64,000 nucleotides of DNA from Tubiluchus corallicola. Its lineage: Eukaryota; Animalia; Priapulida. Position numbers and translations under genes: made by a program. The notes below the pieces were generated by a model. It made no database searches. It worked only from the letters and a program-made list of their open reading frames with translations, and was not told the DNA's origin. This document shows, piece by piece, positions 1 through 13,560 of this stretch. The stretch lies in contig JAQGDQ010001065.1 of NCBI GenBank assembly GCA_030141605.1, positions 1-64,000 of the forward strand, read 5' to 3'. Positions within the stretch are counted from its first letter, which is position 1; each line of letters opens with the position of its first letter.

Positions 1-1397
1 AAACACGAAAAAATGAAGTAGATAAGCTTCCACTTAACTGCTAAAACTGTTTCTATTACAATAGCATTGGCTGCGAGGTATTCTCAAGTGTACACAAATG
101 CGTTGTCTGGTACACTTAACCTTTGACCTTTTCAACGATCATCATCAATCGGCTGAAACTGTGAAAAGGCTTATTCGCTATTGTAAGTGCTCAGAAATTC
201 GAATTTGACCCATGTAAACTATAGAATAAGCTTAAAATATAGGATTGCTTTTAACAAAATTTGATACAGAAATATTCCGTACGCAGCCATGTTAAAATCA
301 TGGCACTCGTTACTCACAAAATAATATCTTTATACTTGCTCAGCGGCAGTTCTGAAGTTAATGTCCCTAGGTACAGCATTTTCAGTGTGCCGTACAAATT
401 TTGCTCTTTACAAAAAAGTATGTAAACCCCGGTATCGAACTTATGGCTGCGTCAATCTAGCTGTTCCGCTTTTAAGTGTTATTCGAGCTACTTGTTGTGG
501 AGACACAAATGGAGCAATGAGAAACCAAAAAAATACACCTCATTATTATAGACCTAATTATAGACCGTCTTTTCTTTCTATTAATTATTTTAATATCTTA
601 ATGAAACGACTGTAAGAATAAAAATATTCAAAAACAGGAAAAAATTTTACATAATCAGCGCCATCTTGTATTACTATTTTGTACATAAAAATTTGAATGT
701 TTTAAAATTTTGGCCACTGTTTTGCTAACTATATCTCATTACTTACACGATAATTAATATTGTTTTTGTAACAGGTACTTAAAAATATTTATAGTCAAAA
801 CACCACAAGTTTATTAAAACTTTTAATTTGAATTTAATTAATTTAATTTAATTAAAAAATCGTGTCAAACGTTTCGACACAGCTGCCACTGTTACATTAG
901 AAGAAAATAAGTTTTGTTAGTAAGTTAAGATCAGGATGAGCAAAATTGTGAGTTAATTATACCGTTGTAGTAGGTAATTGTTTGATGCTTTTGAAATGAA
1001 AACTTTTCAAGTCAAGTCAGTTTTTATATGAATCGTCATTTGTAAAGTTTTTGCTCACTTTTCATTATATGAAGTCCATAAGTGTCCGAGCGTGTGCGTG
1101 CATTTTTCACATATATTTTTATTTTTGATCAATATATTTTTAATATATTTTTGACTAAAATAGGGAAAAATCCCGAAAAATTCGTTTTCTAAGCCATTTT
1201 ATGCATATCTATTTCTCTACGGCGCATTTTAGTTACATATTCACGTTTCTAAAGAAATCGATGACAAATCTTGACTGGTACACCTGCGATTTTTGTCGTC
1301 TGACAAGAGTTGAAAGACAAAAACTAGCAGCGTGTCAAAATGTTTAAATCGTCCACGCAACTTGTACATTGAGTAACCAATTGAGTAACAATACGTC

Positions 1398-2060
1398 GTG
1401 TTTCTTATCAAGAGTGAATTAGGTCTTCCACTAGCTTTTCAGTCATACTTTACTCCAGTTTCAAATCAACATGATCATTACACGAGATATTCAGTCGGAA
1501 ACTATGTACTCCCTCTTCCAAAGACAAATATAATGAAACAGTCATCAAAATATAATGCTATTAACATATGGTCATCAATTCCGCGTGAAATGAAAACTCT
1601 TAATCTTTATCAATTTAAAAAAGCATCAAAAAATTACTTACTACAACGGTATAATTAACTCACAATTTTACTCATCCTGATCTTAAGTTACTAACAAAAC
1701 TTATTTTGTTCTAATGTACGTTATAACTGATGAAAATGTAATGTTAATTGTCAATTGTTCCACTTATCTGGAGGAGGACTCGAAAGCTCAATGGTCCTTC
1801 CTCCTCCTCACAGTAACTCGTTTAGATAACTGATGAAAATACTATGTAATGTTAATTGTCAATTGTTCCACTTATCTGGAGGAGGACTCGAAAGCTCAAT
1901 GCTCCTTCCTCCTCCTCACAGTAACTCGTTTAGATAACTGATGAAAATGTAATGTTAATTGTCAATTGTTCCACTTATCTGGAGGAGGACTCGAAAGCTC
2001 AATGCTCCTTCCTCCTCCTCACAGTAACTCGTTTAGATAACTGATGAAAATACCATGTAA
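1398..2060 (+). mobile_element. 5'-truncated non-LTR retrotransposon (L2/CR1-group) ORF2 C-terminus and 3' UTR with ~105-bp tandem hairpin repeats
   Basis: Pattern H.HYTR...LP.PKT...K.S..Y....IW..IP...K.....FKK..K.YLL is typical of L2/CR1/Crack ORF2 ends. The UTR has a GGAGGAGGA...TCCTCCTCC stem-loop x3. Confidence 0.8.
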
Positions 2061-2727
2061 TATTGGTAGTCGAATTGAAACCAAGCTATGATTTGTCATC
2101 AAAGAGTTAACGTGTTTTTGTAAAACCCGCTGTAAGGGAAGGTTAGATGAATCGGTATTCTATCATTGCTATAATTCAACTTCACACCACGAACGTCCTA
2201 TCCACACACTAGATATTCCCCGCAGGCCCTTTCCGTTTCATGTTTTCCATGTAGCCGTCTAAACGCTGGTTAAACTGTGGATAATTTTCTCCCACGTTTG
2301 CCCTACGTGCCCAAGCGATTTCTTCCAGGAATTTTCCCAATTTTCCTTGATTGTTTGAACGATTATAATCAAATAGTTGACTCGGCCGGGCGAGGGGGAA
2401 TACTCGACCACGAATCAATTACCGATTTCGTGTGATACGGACGCTGAGAGCAAATTGATATCGCTTCTGAGTAAATATACACAACCCTATATACCAGTCC
2501 ACCTCAAACAATCTCCCCTCTCAAGTTAGTCCCTCCGAGAGGAGGTTTAATTGGGAAAGGAACACGGCCCGAGAACGATTAAAGATAATTTTGATAACCG
2601 GCGCGGTTAATCGCATATGCGGTCACGTGACCAGTGAGCCCTCTGGCGGTGTAATTTGTCATTCGTGGTTTTATTACACGTTAGGGAAATCCGTGCCGTA
2701 ACATGCACAAAGTTTGTAATCGTTTTC

Positions 2728-3262
2728 GTTACGATTTAAAGCAAAGATAAATTGATTATCCCATGCTGAAAAAGCGTAATACAATATTCAGAATGTGAAC
2801 GAGGCTTAATAATTATTTATTATTCTGTTTAATATTATAAATATAGACCACTTCGTTAATGTTACGATTTAAAGCAAAGATAAATTGATTATCCCATGTC
2901 TGAAAAAGCGTAATACAATATTCAGAATGTGAACGAGGCTTAATAATTATTTATTGTTCTGTTTAATATTATAAATATAGACCACTTCGTTAATGTTACG
3001 ATTTAAAGCAAAGATAAATTGATTATCCCATGTCTGAAAAAGCGTAATACAATATTCAGAATGTGAACGAGGCTTAACAATTATTTATTATTCTGTTTAA
3101 TTTTATAAATATTGACCACTTCGTTAATGTTACGATTTAAAGCAAAGATAAATTGATTATCCCATGTCTGAAAAAGCGTAATACAATATTCAGAATGTGA
3201 ACGAGGCTTAATAATTTTTTATTATTCTGTTTGATATTATAAATATTGACCATTTCGTTAAT
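2728..3262 (+). repeat. ~134-bp tandem repeat x4
   Basis: GTTACGATTTAAAGCAAAG recurs at 2728, 2861, 2995 and 3129. Confidence 0.95.
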
Positions 3263-3480
3263 AATAATTAACTAACTAGTCATTTTCAAGATTTTTGAAG
3301 TATATTTGGTATGTTTTGGTATTAACATAATATACATGTAACAATAATAATTTCAATGTTAATGTACAAATGAATAGAATAATACATTTCAATTTCGGTG
3401 TATTAAATAAATAAATAAAAACAAACAAAAACACCACAACTTTGTTACAACTTTAATTTACGTAGTTAAAGATCATGCAT

Positions 3481-3522
3481 GTCAAGCGTTTCGACAGACC
3501 TACTGCTGTCATCATCAGTGAA
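3481..3522 (-). ncRNA. Minimal hammerhead-ribozyme-like motif of Penelope-like element type
   Basis: Minus strand reads TCA-CTGATGA-T-GACAG(cagtaggt)CTGTC-GAAA-CGCT-TGA: core boxes, a perfect 5-bp stem II and a short stem I. Confidence 0.55.
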
Positions 3523-3559
3523 TTATGAATAATGAATTTATTGCACAGCAACTCAAACA

Positions 3560-4364
3560 TAGATACAAATTGATATAACATTGAAAAAAATAAACTATGC
3601 GAGTTACTGTGAGGAGGAGGAAGGAGCATTGAGCTTTCGAGTCCTCCTCTAGATAAGTGGAACAATTGACAATTAATATTACATAGTATTTTCATCAGTT
3701 ATCTAAACGAGTTACTGTGAGGAGGAGGAAGGAGCATTGAGCTTTCGAGTCCTCCTCCAGATAAGTGGAACAATTGACAATTAATATTACATAGTATTTT
3801 CATCAGTTATCTAAACGAGTTACTGTGAGGAGGAGGAAGGAGCATTGAGCTTTCGAGTCCTCCTCCAGATAAGTGGAACAATTGACAATTAATATTACAT
3901 AGTATTTTCATCAGTTATCTAAACGAGTTACTGTGAGGAGGGGGAAGGAGCATTGAGCTTTCGAGTCCTCCTCCAGATAAGTGAAACAATTGACAATTAA
4001 CATTACATTTTCATCAGTTATAACGTCCATACGTACATATACGTACATTAGAACAAAATAAGTTTTGTTAGTAACTTAAGATCAGGATGAGTAAAATTGT
4101 GAGTTAATTATACCGTTGTAGTAGGTAATTCTTTGATGCTTTTTTAAATTGATAAAGATTAAGAGTTTTCATTTCACGCGGAATTGATGACCATATTTTA
4201 ATAGCATTATATTTTGATGACTGTTTCATTATATTTGTTTTTGGAAGAGGGAGTACATAGTTTCCGACTGAATATCATGTGTAATGATCATGTTGATTTG
4301 AAACTGGAGTAAAGTATGACTGAAAAGCTGGTGGAAGACCTAATTCACTCTTGATAAGAAAAAC
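3560..4364 (-). mobile_element. Inverted copy of the same LINE tail (4 hairpin repeats)
   Basis: Reverse complement of 1398-2060 plus the 3' end also seen at 42460-42510. Confidence 0.8.
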
Positions 4365-5602
4365 TACGTATTGTTACTCAATTGGTTACTCAATGTACAA
4401 GTTGCGTGGACGATTTAAACATTTTGACACGCTGCTAGTTTTTGTCTTTCAACTCTTGTCAGACGACAAAAATCGCAGGTGTACCAGTCAAGATTTGTCA
4501 TCGATTTCTTTAGAAACGTGAATATGTAACTAAAATGCGCCGTAGAGAAATAGATATGCATAAAATGGCTTAGAAAACGAATTTTTCGGGATTTTTCCCT
4601 ATTTTAGTCAAAAATATATTAAAAATATATTGATCAAAAATAAAAATATATGTGAAAAATGCACGCACACGCTCGGACACTTATGGACTTCATATAATGA
4701 AAAGTGAGCAAAAACTTTACAAATGACGATTCATATAAAAACTGACTTGACTTGAAAAGTTTTCATTTCAAAAGCATCAAACAATTACCTACTACAACGG
4801 TATAATTAACTCACAATTTTGCTCATCCTGATCTTAACTTACTAACAAAACTTATTTTCTTCTAATGTAACAGTGGCAGCTGTGTCGAAACGTTTGACAC
4901 GATTTTTTAATTAAATTAAATTAATTAAATTCAAATTAAAAGTTTTAATAAACTTGTGGTGTTTTGACTATAAATATTTTTAAGTACCTGTTACAAAAAC
5001 AATATTAATTATCGTGTAAGTAATGAGATATAGTTAACAAAACAGTGGCCAAAATTTTAAAACATTCAAATTTTTATGTACAAAATAGTAATACAAGATG
5101 GCGCTGATTATGTAAAATTTTTTCCTGTTTTTGAATATTTTTATTCTTACAGTCGTTTCATTAAGATATTAAAATCATTAATAGAAAGAAAAGACGGTCT
5201 ATAATTAGGTCTATAATAATGAGGTGTATTTTTTTGGTTTCTCATGGCTCCATTTGTGTCTCCACACAAGTAGCTGAGTAGCTTAAATTACTGCTGTGCG
5301 GAACAGCTGATTGACTAGCGTCATAAGTTCGATACCGGGGTTTTTACATACTTTTTTGTAAAGAGCAAAATTTGTACGGCACACTGAAAATGCTGTACCT
5401 AGGGACATTAACTTCGTGAACTGCCGCTAGGAGCGGTATAAAGATTATTATTTTGTGAGTACGAGTGCCATGATTTGCACAATTGATGGCTGGGTGTACA
5501 GAATATTTGTGTATCGAATTTTGTTAAAAGCAATCCTATATTTTAAGCTTATTCTATAGTTTACATGGGTCAAATTCGAATTTCTGAGCACTTACAATAG
5601 CG

Positions 5603-6433
5603 AATAAGCCTTTTCACAGTTTCAGCCGATTGATGATGATCGTTGAAAAGGTCAAAGGTTAAGTGTACCAGACAACGCATTTGTGTACACTTGAGAATAC
5701 CTCGCAGCCAATGCTATTGTAATAGAAACAGTTTTAGCAGTTAAGTGGAAGCTTATCTACTTCATTTTTTCGTGTTTCCAACCAAGATCCTGCTAGTAAA
5801 TCATTCTACGCTCAGACTAATGCATAAATAAGTAAAGTCCAGGTAAAACAACTGAACTGAACTGATGCGGCAGCGGAGTTTGCTTTACCTGCATAACACG
5901 TGGCGTTTGTAATTAAGACGCGTTGCTGTGGCACACTTAAACGTTGACCTCTAGCAACTGTGCAAATGCTTATTGGTGGTGTAACGTTATAGCATATATA
6001 GTATATACTGTGGACATGTATAAATAGCATAGTATAGCTAGTTATCGATATAGTGTCATCTTCGTTTTGTAACAATTTAAATAACTAAAGATACACATAG
6101 GGGTAAAAGTAAAACAAATGTTCCTCTATCGAAAAATTTACGAGACGTAAAACAACTGAAGTTATTGAACTGATGATTTGCGTTACCCACATGTCACGTG
6201 ACGATTGTAGTTAAGACGCATTGCTGTGATACACTTAACCTTTGACCTACAGCAACTGCGCGTGCGCACAACGAAACTGTGCAAAGGCTTATTGGTGGTG
6301 TAACGTTACAGCATATAAGTTCATGCAAAACAAATAAAGTTACTCAACAGACGCTGCAGACGGCTTTGCTTTACATACCAGTCACGTGACGGTTGTACGA
6401 ACAACGCACAGCGAAACTATGAAAAGGCTTATT
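5603..6433. mobile_element. MITE-like element with 21-bp inverted ends and internal diverged repeats; relative at 59460-59860
   Basis: AATAAGCCTTTTCACAGTTTC (5603) versus GAAACTATGAAAAGGCTTATT (6413-6433), 20/21 inverted match. TSD not identified. Confidence 0.5.
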
Positions 6434-6570
6434 GTAGTAATCAAATAATTAGTAATCATTATTTAGTATTTCTTACTTTATAGCACACAACATATAAATA
6501 AACAAATATAGCAGTATTTACATACAAAATAAAGAAGCCAAATTATTTACTCGAATTGTTAGTTTTTCTC

Positions 6571-7140
<570 letters not shown>

Positions 7141-7159
7141 TTATTTAGATAAATAAGAT

Positions 7160-7252
7160 AATAATTATAATAATAATAGTAATAATAATAACAACAACAA
7201 CAACAACAACAACAACTATAACAATAACAACAACAACAACAACAACAACAAC

Positions 7253-7339
<87 letters not shown>

Positions 7340-7405
7340 TATAATAACAACAGCAACAACAAAAACAACAACAACAATAATAATAATAATAATAATAATA
7401 ATAAT
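7160..7405. repeat. (AAT)n/(AAC)n microsatellite
   Basis: Direct reading. Confidence 0.98.
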
Positions 7406-7489
7406 TTAAAGTCGGCTTTTGGGTCAACAATTAACATTAGCTCAAAGAGCTATTATCACCAACTGTAAATAACAACCTACAACTACATA

Positions 7490-7653
7490 ACAGAGACTAT
7501 TATTACCCCACTTTTACCCTAAATATCACGCGTCAGGCAGGGCAACAGCAGGTACCATTTTTAAAGTCTTTGGTATGACCCGGCCGCTGGTTCGAACTCA
7601 CGACCTCCCAGACGGAAAGCAGACGCATTACCACTAGACTAAACCGTCTGGTC
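7490..7653 (-). mobile_element. tRNA-derived SINE fragment in the NK1 intron
   Basis: Minus strand has A box TAGTCTAGTGG and B box GAGTTCGAACC, followed by CCGGGTCATACCAAAGACTTTAAAAATGGTACC, which resembles (from memory) the conserved body of MetaSINE-type elements. Confidence 0.75.
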
Positions 7654-8504
7654 TCATTCGTGTAATTCTGATTGAAAATTCTAGTAATACCGAATTCGAT
7701 AAATAAGTTTATTTATGAACATGAATGCTAGCTCTCCTCTTCACACACTGAAGCGGTTCATGCTTAATTTACCACTGTGTAATCATCCAAACTGTGTCTA
7801 ATTTGTAATCATGTTAAATAGAATGCTATGCAAATCAACCAACCACATTTAAAAGTGCCGTTTATTGTAAAAATTGCTCTTGAAAGACAGCAGGTTAACA
7901 AACACACGTTTTCATTGTTTATTCAAAGATAACCTTATAAGGTAATCACCAATAAAGCAAAGAAGCCCAGGCAACCGATATTATTGTTCTGTACATTTAT
8001 TCAAGTCGATTTTGGAAGCCATTTATTTATTTCGTTTCACAATATTAACTCGTTTAGTCTCGCTATGTCATGTATACAGCATACATAGTAAATATTTTTT
8101 TTTAAATTACACTGTACGCCAATTCACAAAGTAATTTTGCATTAATTTTCTTGCTGTTTTGGGAAGATATATCTCACTGCACAATTTTTAGTGCTGTTTT
8201 TTTTGCACATAAAGGCTCGTTCTATTGAAAAATAGCCAATTTTTGCGCATTTTGAACCTTTGGACACACCTTTGGCCAAAGAACAGTAACTTTACAAATG
8301 ATTTCGAAACTAAAACAACAGCACATATACGCGACTCGAATGTAACAAATTTGTACAAAAGTCCCCCGTTTTCCCTGCTCTGATTCTTTAAAATTAAACC
8401 CTTTTTACTTGACCTAATAATTTTTATGCAATAAACACGAATTGAAACAATTATAAAAAATGTTTTAGTATAATGTGCTTTGACACTACATCAAAAGTTG
8501 ATTA

Positions 8505-10522
8505 AAGATGACTAAAGATGACTTAGACATGAATAATAATGACTTAAAGATGAGTAACAAATTTTCATTTTTAGTTTTTCTGCATTTGAGTACGTGTAAC
8601 ATAAATTAAAGCAACGTAGATGACTAAAGATGACTAAGAGATGAGTAATAATGACTTAAAGATGCGTAACAAATTTTTATTTTTATTTTTTCTGCATTTG
8701 AATACGTGTAACATAAATTAAAGCAACGTAGATGACTAAAGATGACTAAGAGATGAGTAATAATGACTTAAAGATGAGTAACAAATTTTTATTTTTAGTT
8801 TTTCTGCATTTGAGTACGTGTAACATAAATTAAAGCAACGTAGATGACTAAAGATGACTAAGAGATGAGTAATAATGACTTAAAGATGCGTAACAAATTT
8901 TTAGTTTTATTTTTTCTGCATTTAAATACGTGTAACATAAATTAAAGCAACGTAGATGACTAAAGATGACTAAGAGATGAGTAATAATGACTTAAAGATG
9001 AGTAACAAATTTTTATTTTTAGTTTTTCTGCATTTGAGTACGTGTAACATAAATTAAAGCAACGTAGATGACTAAAGATGACTAAGAGATGAGTAATAAT
9101 GACTTAAAGATGCGTAACAAATTTTTAGTTTTATTTTTTCTGCATTTAAATACGTGTAACATAAATTAAAGCAACGTAGATGACTAAAGATGACTTAGAG
9201 ATGAATAATAATGACTTAAAGATGAGTAACAAATTTTCATTTTTAGTTTTTCTGCATTTGAGTACGTGTAACATAAATTAAATCAACGTAGATGACTAAA
9301 GATGACTAAGAGATGAATAATAATGACTTAAAGATGAGTAACAAATTTTCATTTTTAGTTTTTCTGCATTTAAATACGTGTAACATAAATTAAAGCAACG
9401 TAGATGACTAAAGAGGACTTGGAGATGAATAATAATGACTTAAAGATGAGTAACAAATTTTCATTTTTAGTTTTTCTGCATTTAAATACGTGTAACATAA
9501 ATTAAAGCAACGTAGACGACTAAAGATGTCTTAGAGATGAATAATAATGACTTAAAGATGAGTAACAAATTTTTATTTTTAGTTTTTCTGCATTTCAGTA
9601 CGTGTAATATAAATTAAAGCAACGTAGATGACTAAAGATGACTAAGAGATGAGTAATAATGACTAAAGATGGTAACAAATTTTTATTTTATTTTTCTGCA
9701 TTTAAATACGTGTAACATAAATTAAAGCAACGTAGATGACTAAAGATGACTTAGAGATGAATAATAATGACTTAAAGATGAGTAACAAATTATTATTTTT
9801 AGTTTTTCTGCATTTAAGTACGTGTAACATAAATTAAAGCAACGTAGATGACTAAAGATGACTAAGAGATGAATAATAATGACTTAAAGATGAGTAACAA
9901 ATTTTCATTTTTAGTTTTTCTGCATTTAAATACGTGTAACATAAATTAAAGCAACGTAGATGACTAAAGAGGACTTGGAGATGAATAATAATGACTTAAA
10001 GATGAGTAACAAATTTTCATTTTTAGTTTTTCTGCATTTAAATACGTGTAACATAAATTAAAGCAACGTAGACGACTAAAGATGTCTTAGAGATGAATAA
10101 TAATGACTTAAAGATGAGTAACAAATTTTTATTTTTAGTTTTTCTGCATTTCAGTACGTGTAATATAAATTAAAGCAACGTAGATGACTAAAGATGACTA
10201 AGAGATGAGTAATAATGACTTAAAGATGCGTAACAAATTTTTAGTTTTATTTTTTCTGCATTTGAATACGTGTAACATAAATTAAAGCAACGTAGATGAC
10301 TAAAGATGAATTAGAGATGAATAATAATGACTTAAAGATGCGTAACAAATTTTCATTTTTAGTTTTTCTGCATTTGAATACGTGTAACATAAATTAAATC
10401 AACGTAGATGACTAAAGATGACTAAGAGATGAATAATAATGACTTAAACATGAGTAACAAATGTTTATTTTTATTTTTTCTGCATTTAAATACGTGTAAC
10501 ATAAATTAAAGCAACGTAGATG
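8505..10522 (+). repeat. 112-bp tandem satellite, ~18 copies, in the NK1 intron
   Basis: Unit GATGACTAAAGATGACTAAGAG...AAAGCAACGTA with period 112 (8619 to 8731). Confidence 0.97.
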
Positions 10523-11072
10523 TAGTTTTTCGAATTTCTAATAGTGGAATTTTCATTAGAATACTTGAAAAAATTAAGTTTTGCAGCAGCGAAGATTAGG
10601 ATTTTGTTCGGAAATTGAAATCAATCACAATTAAAGCAGCCAGGTTATTGAATAGCAGTAAATACTCAGCCGTAATTAATTAGCAATTAAGTTTCATAAA
10701 TTTAATTTGTCAATAGTATGTTTTAAAGTAATTATACGGACATTTTGAATTTTAAAATTTTTGAATTTTAAGTGAATTTCACTTAAAGTCACGCGGCCGC
10801 ATTATTCAATGCACGAGAAATTTGGTATCTAATGCACTTTGACTGCAGATGTTAAGCATGCTTGTTGTTTAATGCACTATGGAATAGACTAAGCCGCAAT
10901 TCAAAGTGTAGTCACTCCCTTTCAACTTTTAAAAAAACCGTCAGAAAAGAAATATTTCAAAAGTATTGAGAGTAACACAGTTTGATAATGGTAATCACCT
11001 GCATTCTTTTTCCACAGTAATCTTAATAAAACGTGACTATGCTCAACAGGTTACTGAACACTTTATAATCAT

Positions 11073-11246
11073 GATCACAGTTTTTCTTAGTTCTCGCTCC
11101 ATTTCATCTTTCGTTCACTACTCCCCCTACATCACAGTTTTTCTTAGTTCTCGCTCCATTTCATCTTTCATTCACTACTCTCCCCCCACATCACAGTTTT
11201 TCTTAGTTCTCGCTCCATTTCATCTGTCATTCGCTACTCCCCCCAC
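11073..11246 (+). repeat. ~58-bp tandem repeat x3
   Basis: ATCACAGTTTTTCTTAGTTCTCGCTCCATTTCATC occurs three times. Confidence 0.9.
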
Positions 11247-11573
11247 TTTTATGTATATATTATCATTATTTCAATTATTAATCTCTTCTTTAAGATTTCC
11301 ACGTACAGTTTGGTCTGTCAAGCTATGCTTTTAGGCTCAAACTGTACGCATCAAAATTATTCTGTAATATAATTTGCACATGTATACGCTGCATAAGAAT
11401 TTCTTTTGTAATTTCTGGATTATATTGTATTTATATTTATATTTGCTGCAGTGGAAAATTATCTGTAGTTTTATTATATCTGTTGGACGCAGAGTGGAAA
11501 AGAAATAAACTTATAATTTATAACTTAATTATAAAATAATAACTAATTAGTAATAACTAAGAATTTTAATTAC

Positions 11574-12045
11574 CTGATTCGTCATCGACATCAGATGACA
11601 TATCAACATCATTTGAACTTTCCTCTCCGGTCCAGGGATTCCATACATTATTCTTACTGTCCAATCTGGAACCAGTAAATTTTGTTGGATCTAAAATATC
11701 AGCGACAGAAAACGACGTATGCCTCTGTTGCTGAGGCTGCGACTGTTGCTGCTGCTGCTGTTGATGAACAGGTGAGGCCACACCCTTATCACCTGGCTTC
11801 CTGGAGTCACTGGCAGCATCGCCGTCACTGTCATCATGAACATCATAGCCGCCGCCACCGCCGCTGCTAGAATCGTTCGACGTCTCGGCATTGCAATTCA
11901 CTTTCCGCGATGCTTTTAATTGTTGCTCTTTCACCGCATCCATGATGCTGGCTTCTAGTTTTGCTCTGAGGAGAGCGGCGGTCGAGTTTATCTTCTCCAC
12001 GCTGGTCATACGTGATTCCAATGATCTCTCAAGCAATTCACTCAT
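11574..12045 (-). CDS. Nkx1: NK1/slouch homeobox gene, coding exon 1 (start ATG uncertain: 12045, 12009 or 11943)
   Basis: Open frame containing RHTSFSVADILDPTKF (NK1-type eh1/TN motif) and poly-Q/poly-G. Phase-1 donor TCAG|GTAATT at 11574/11573 joins in frame to exon 2. Confidence 0.9.
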
Positions 12046-12306
12046 GTAAAACTTTACAGAAACAATGAAATTCACAAAAATTTTAGGGAAATTTTGTAAA
12101 AATCAAGCCGTAGAAAAATTCACAAAAAATTTAGGGAAATTTTGTAAAAACCAAGCCGTAGAAACGAACTTTGTTACAGCAACGATGTCTGGCGTTCACC
12201 AAGGTGCATCTCTGTGCCCCAAACTTTACGAAGCACAAATGTTATACGCATTGTTATACTTGCAGATTTTCCACACTTTAGACGTTCGATAAGATACGTT
12301 TTTAAC

Positions 12307-12595
12307 ACCCAAAACTGTATGAAATACAGAATTTTCACAGTTGCCGGAGGCGTGTGTAGTACTTTCACTAATATGGTGCACGCCAAGGCGAGTTCTGTTA
12401 CCCAAAACTGTATGAAATACAGAATTTTCACAGTTACCGGAGGCGTGCGTAGTACTTTCACTAATATGGTGCACGCTAAGTCGAGTTCTGTTACCCAAAA
12501 CTGTATGAAATACAGAATTTTCACAGTTACCGGAGGCGCGTGTAGTACTTTCACTAATATGCTGTACGCCAAGGCGAGTTCTGTTACCCAAACTG
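12307..12595 (+). repeat. 93-bp tandem repeat x3 upstream of the NK1 coding start
   Basis: ACCCAAAACTG recurs at 93-bp spacing; this explains the overlapping pseudo-ORFs. Confidence 0.95.
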
Positions 12596-12849
12596 CAAGA
12601 GATACAAATCTTTCACGACTCCACTTCACGTGAAGACGATTTCGCCGGTTTGGTCTGCGCCAAGGTACGTGTTTAGCACCCAAACTGTTTACAGCATGAC
12701 TCGGGATAGCGCACTGCACGCAGATTTCGCTCACAAACTCGACGCAGGCGTGCCAGAGTGCGAAGAGAACCTCCTGACGTCCTCCACTTCAAAATTGCCC
12801 GTATCATATGCACCGATTGGCAAATTTATCCCCGCACAAGGGGAAGTAA

Positions 12850-13560
12850 TGACATAATGACGGCTGTTGACAGAGCGAGTAGACACGACGCGTGCTGCCA
12901 AGTTACTTAACCATTGGGTAAACACGCACTGTCTAATTAGTGTGTATCCCCATTGATCTCCTTCATGCACCGATACACGTCACTAGGGGGCGCTGAGGTG
13001 ACACGTGTGGGGTGGACAGCAGACAGGAGAGAAACTATACCCGCTCACCCCCTCTGAATGAACGCTGCGGAGGTGGTTCGACCGCTTGCAGGTCGTCTAC
13101 GCGAAGGGGAGGCGGCAGCCACGGCTGCTGTCCAATCAGGGAAGGCAGCGGAGATTAGGGAAACACTTAGCCCTGCGCGTGCGGGCAGGAGGCGATGGGG
13201 GAGGACTAATAAATGAGAGAGAGAGAGTCGAGTAAACAAGACGAGAGCGATTAAAGAACTACAAAGCTTTTAATGGAACCAAAATCAATTAATACGGCTT
13301 ATATTTTGGTTAATAAAATTTTTGTTATTAAAGGTTACGTAATCTTTGTTTACTGTCGTTCTTTGCCGGCAGGCGGCAGTGCGATAAAGAAATACACACC
13401 CTTGTTTGGTTCCTGCGCAGAGAGTATCGTACAGAGTCAATTAAGGCAAACAGGCGCTGAAATTTCTCATCTTTTGAGTAATCAGAAAATTAACATTTAT
13501 TGCCTAATTAGAGGCTGTGATCAAGAGTGATAATTAGGAGGATAAGATATCAGTAAACTT
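12850..13560 (-). promoter_or_regulatory. Probable NK1 promoter / proximal enhancer region
   Basis: Unique, GC-elevated sequence 5' of NK1 with CCAAT (13132) and many TAAT/TAATTA motifs. TSS not determinable. Confidence 0.45.
12979..12996 (+). promoter_or_regulatory. CTCF-consensus-like site
   Basis: GTCACTAGGGGGCGCTG closely matches the core CCACYAGRKGGCRC. Confidence 0.6.

Larger units (their letters stand above)
1..5777. repeat. Large inverted duplication, arms 1-~2060 and ~3600-5777, spacer ~1.5 kb
   Basis: Bases 1-30 are the reverse complement of 5748-5777. Colinear reverse complementarity over ~2 kb with some SNPs and indels. Confidence 0.92.

Noticed and set aside
1725-2050. CTGATGA...GAAA in the ~105-bp repeats as a hammerhead array
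   Set aside because: The bases after CTGATGA (AAAT) do not pair with those before GAAA (ACTC), so there is no stem II.
12174-12734. Overlapping 121-186-aa ORFs upstream of NK1
   Set aside because: Explained by the 93-bp tandem repeat; no domain similarity recognised.
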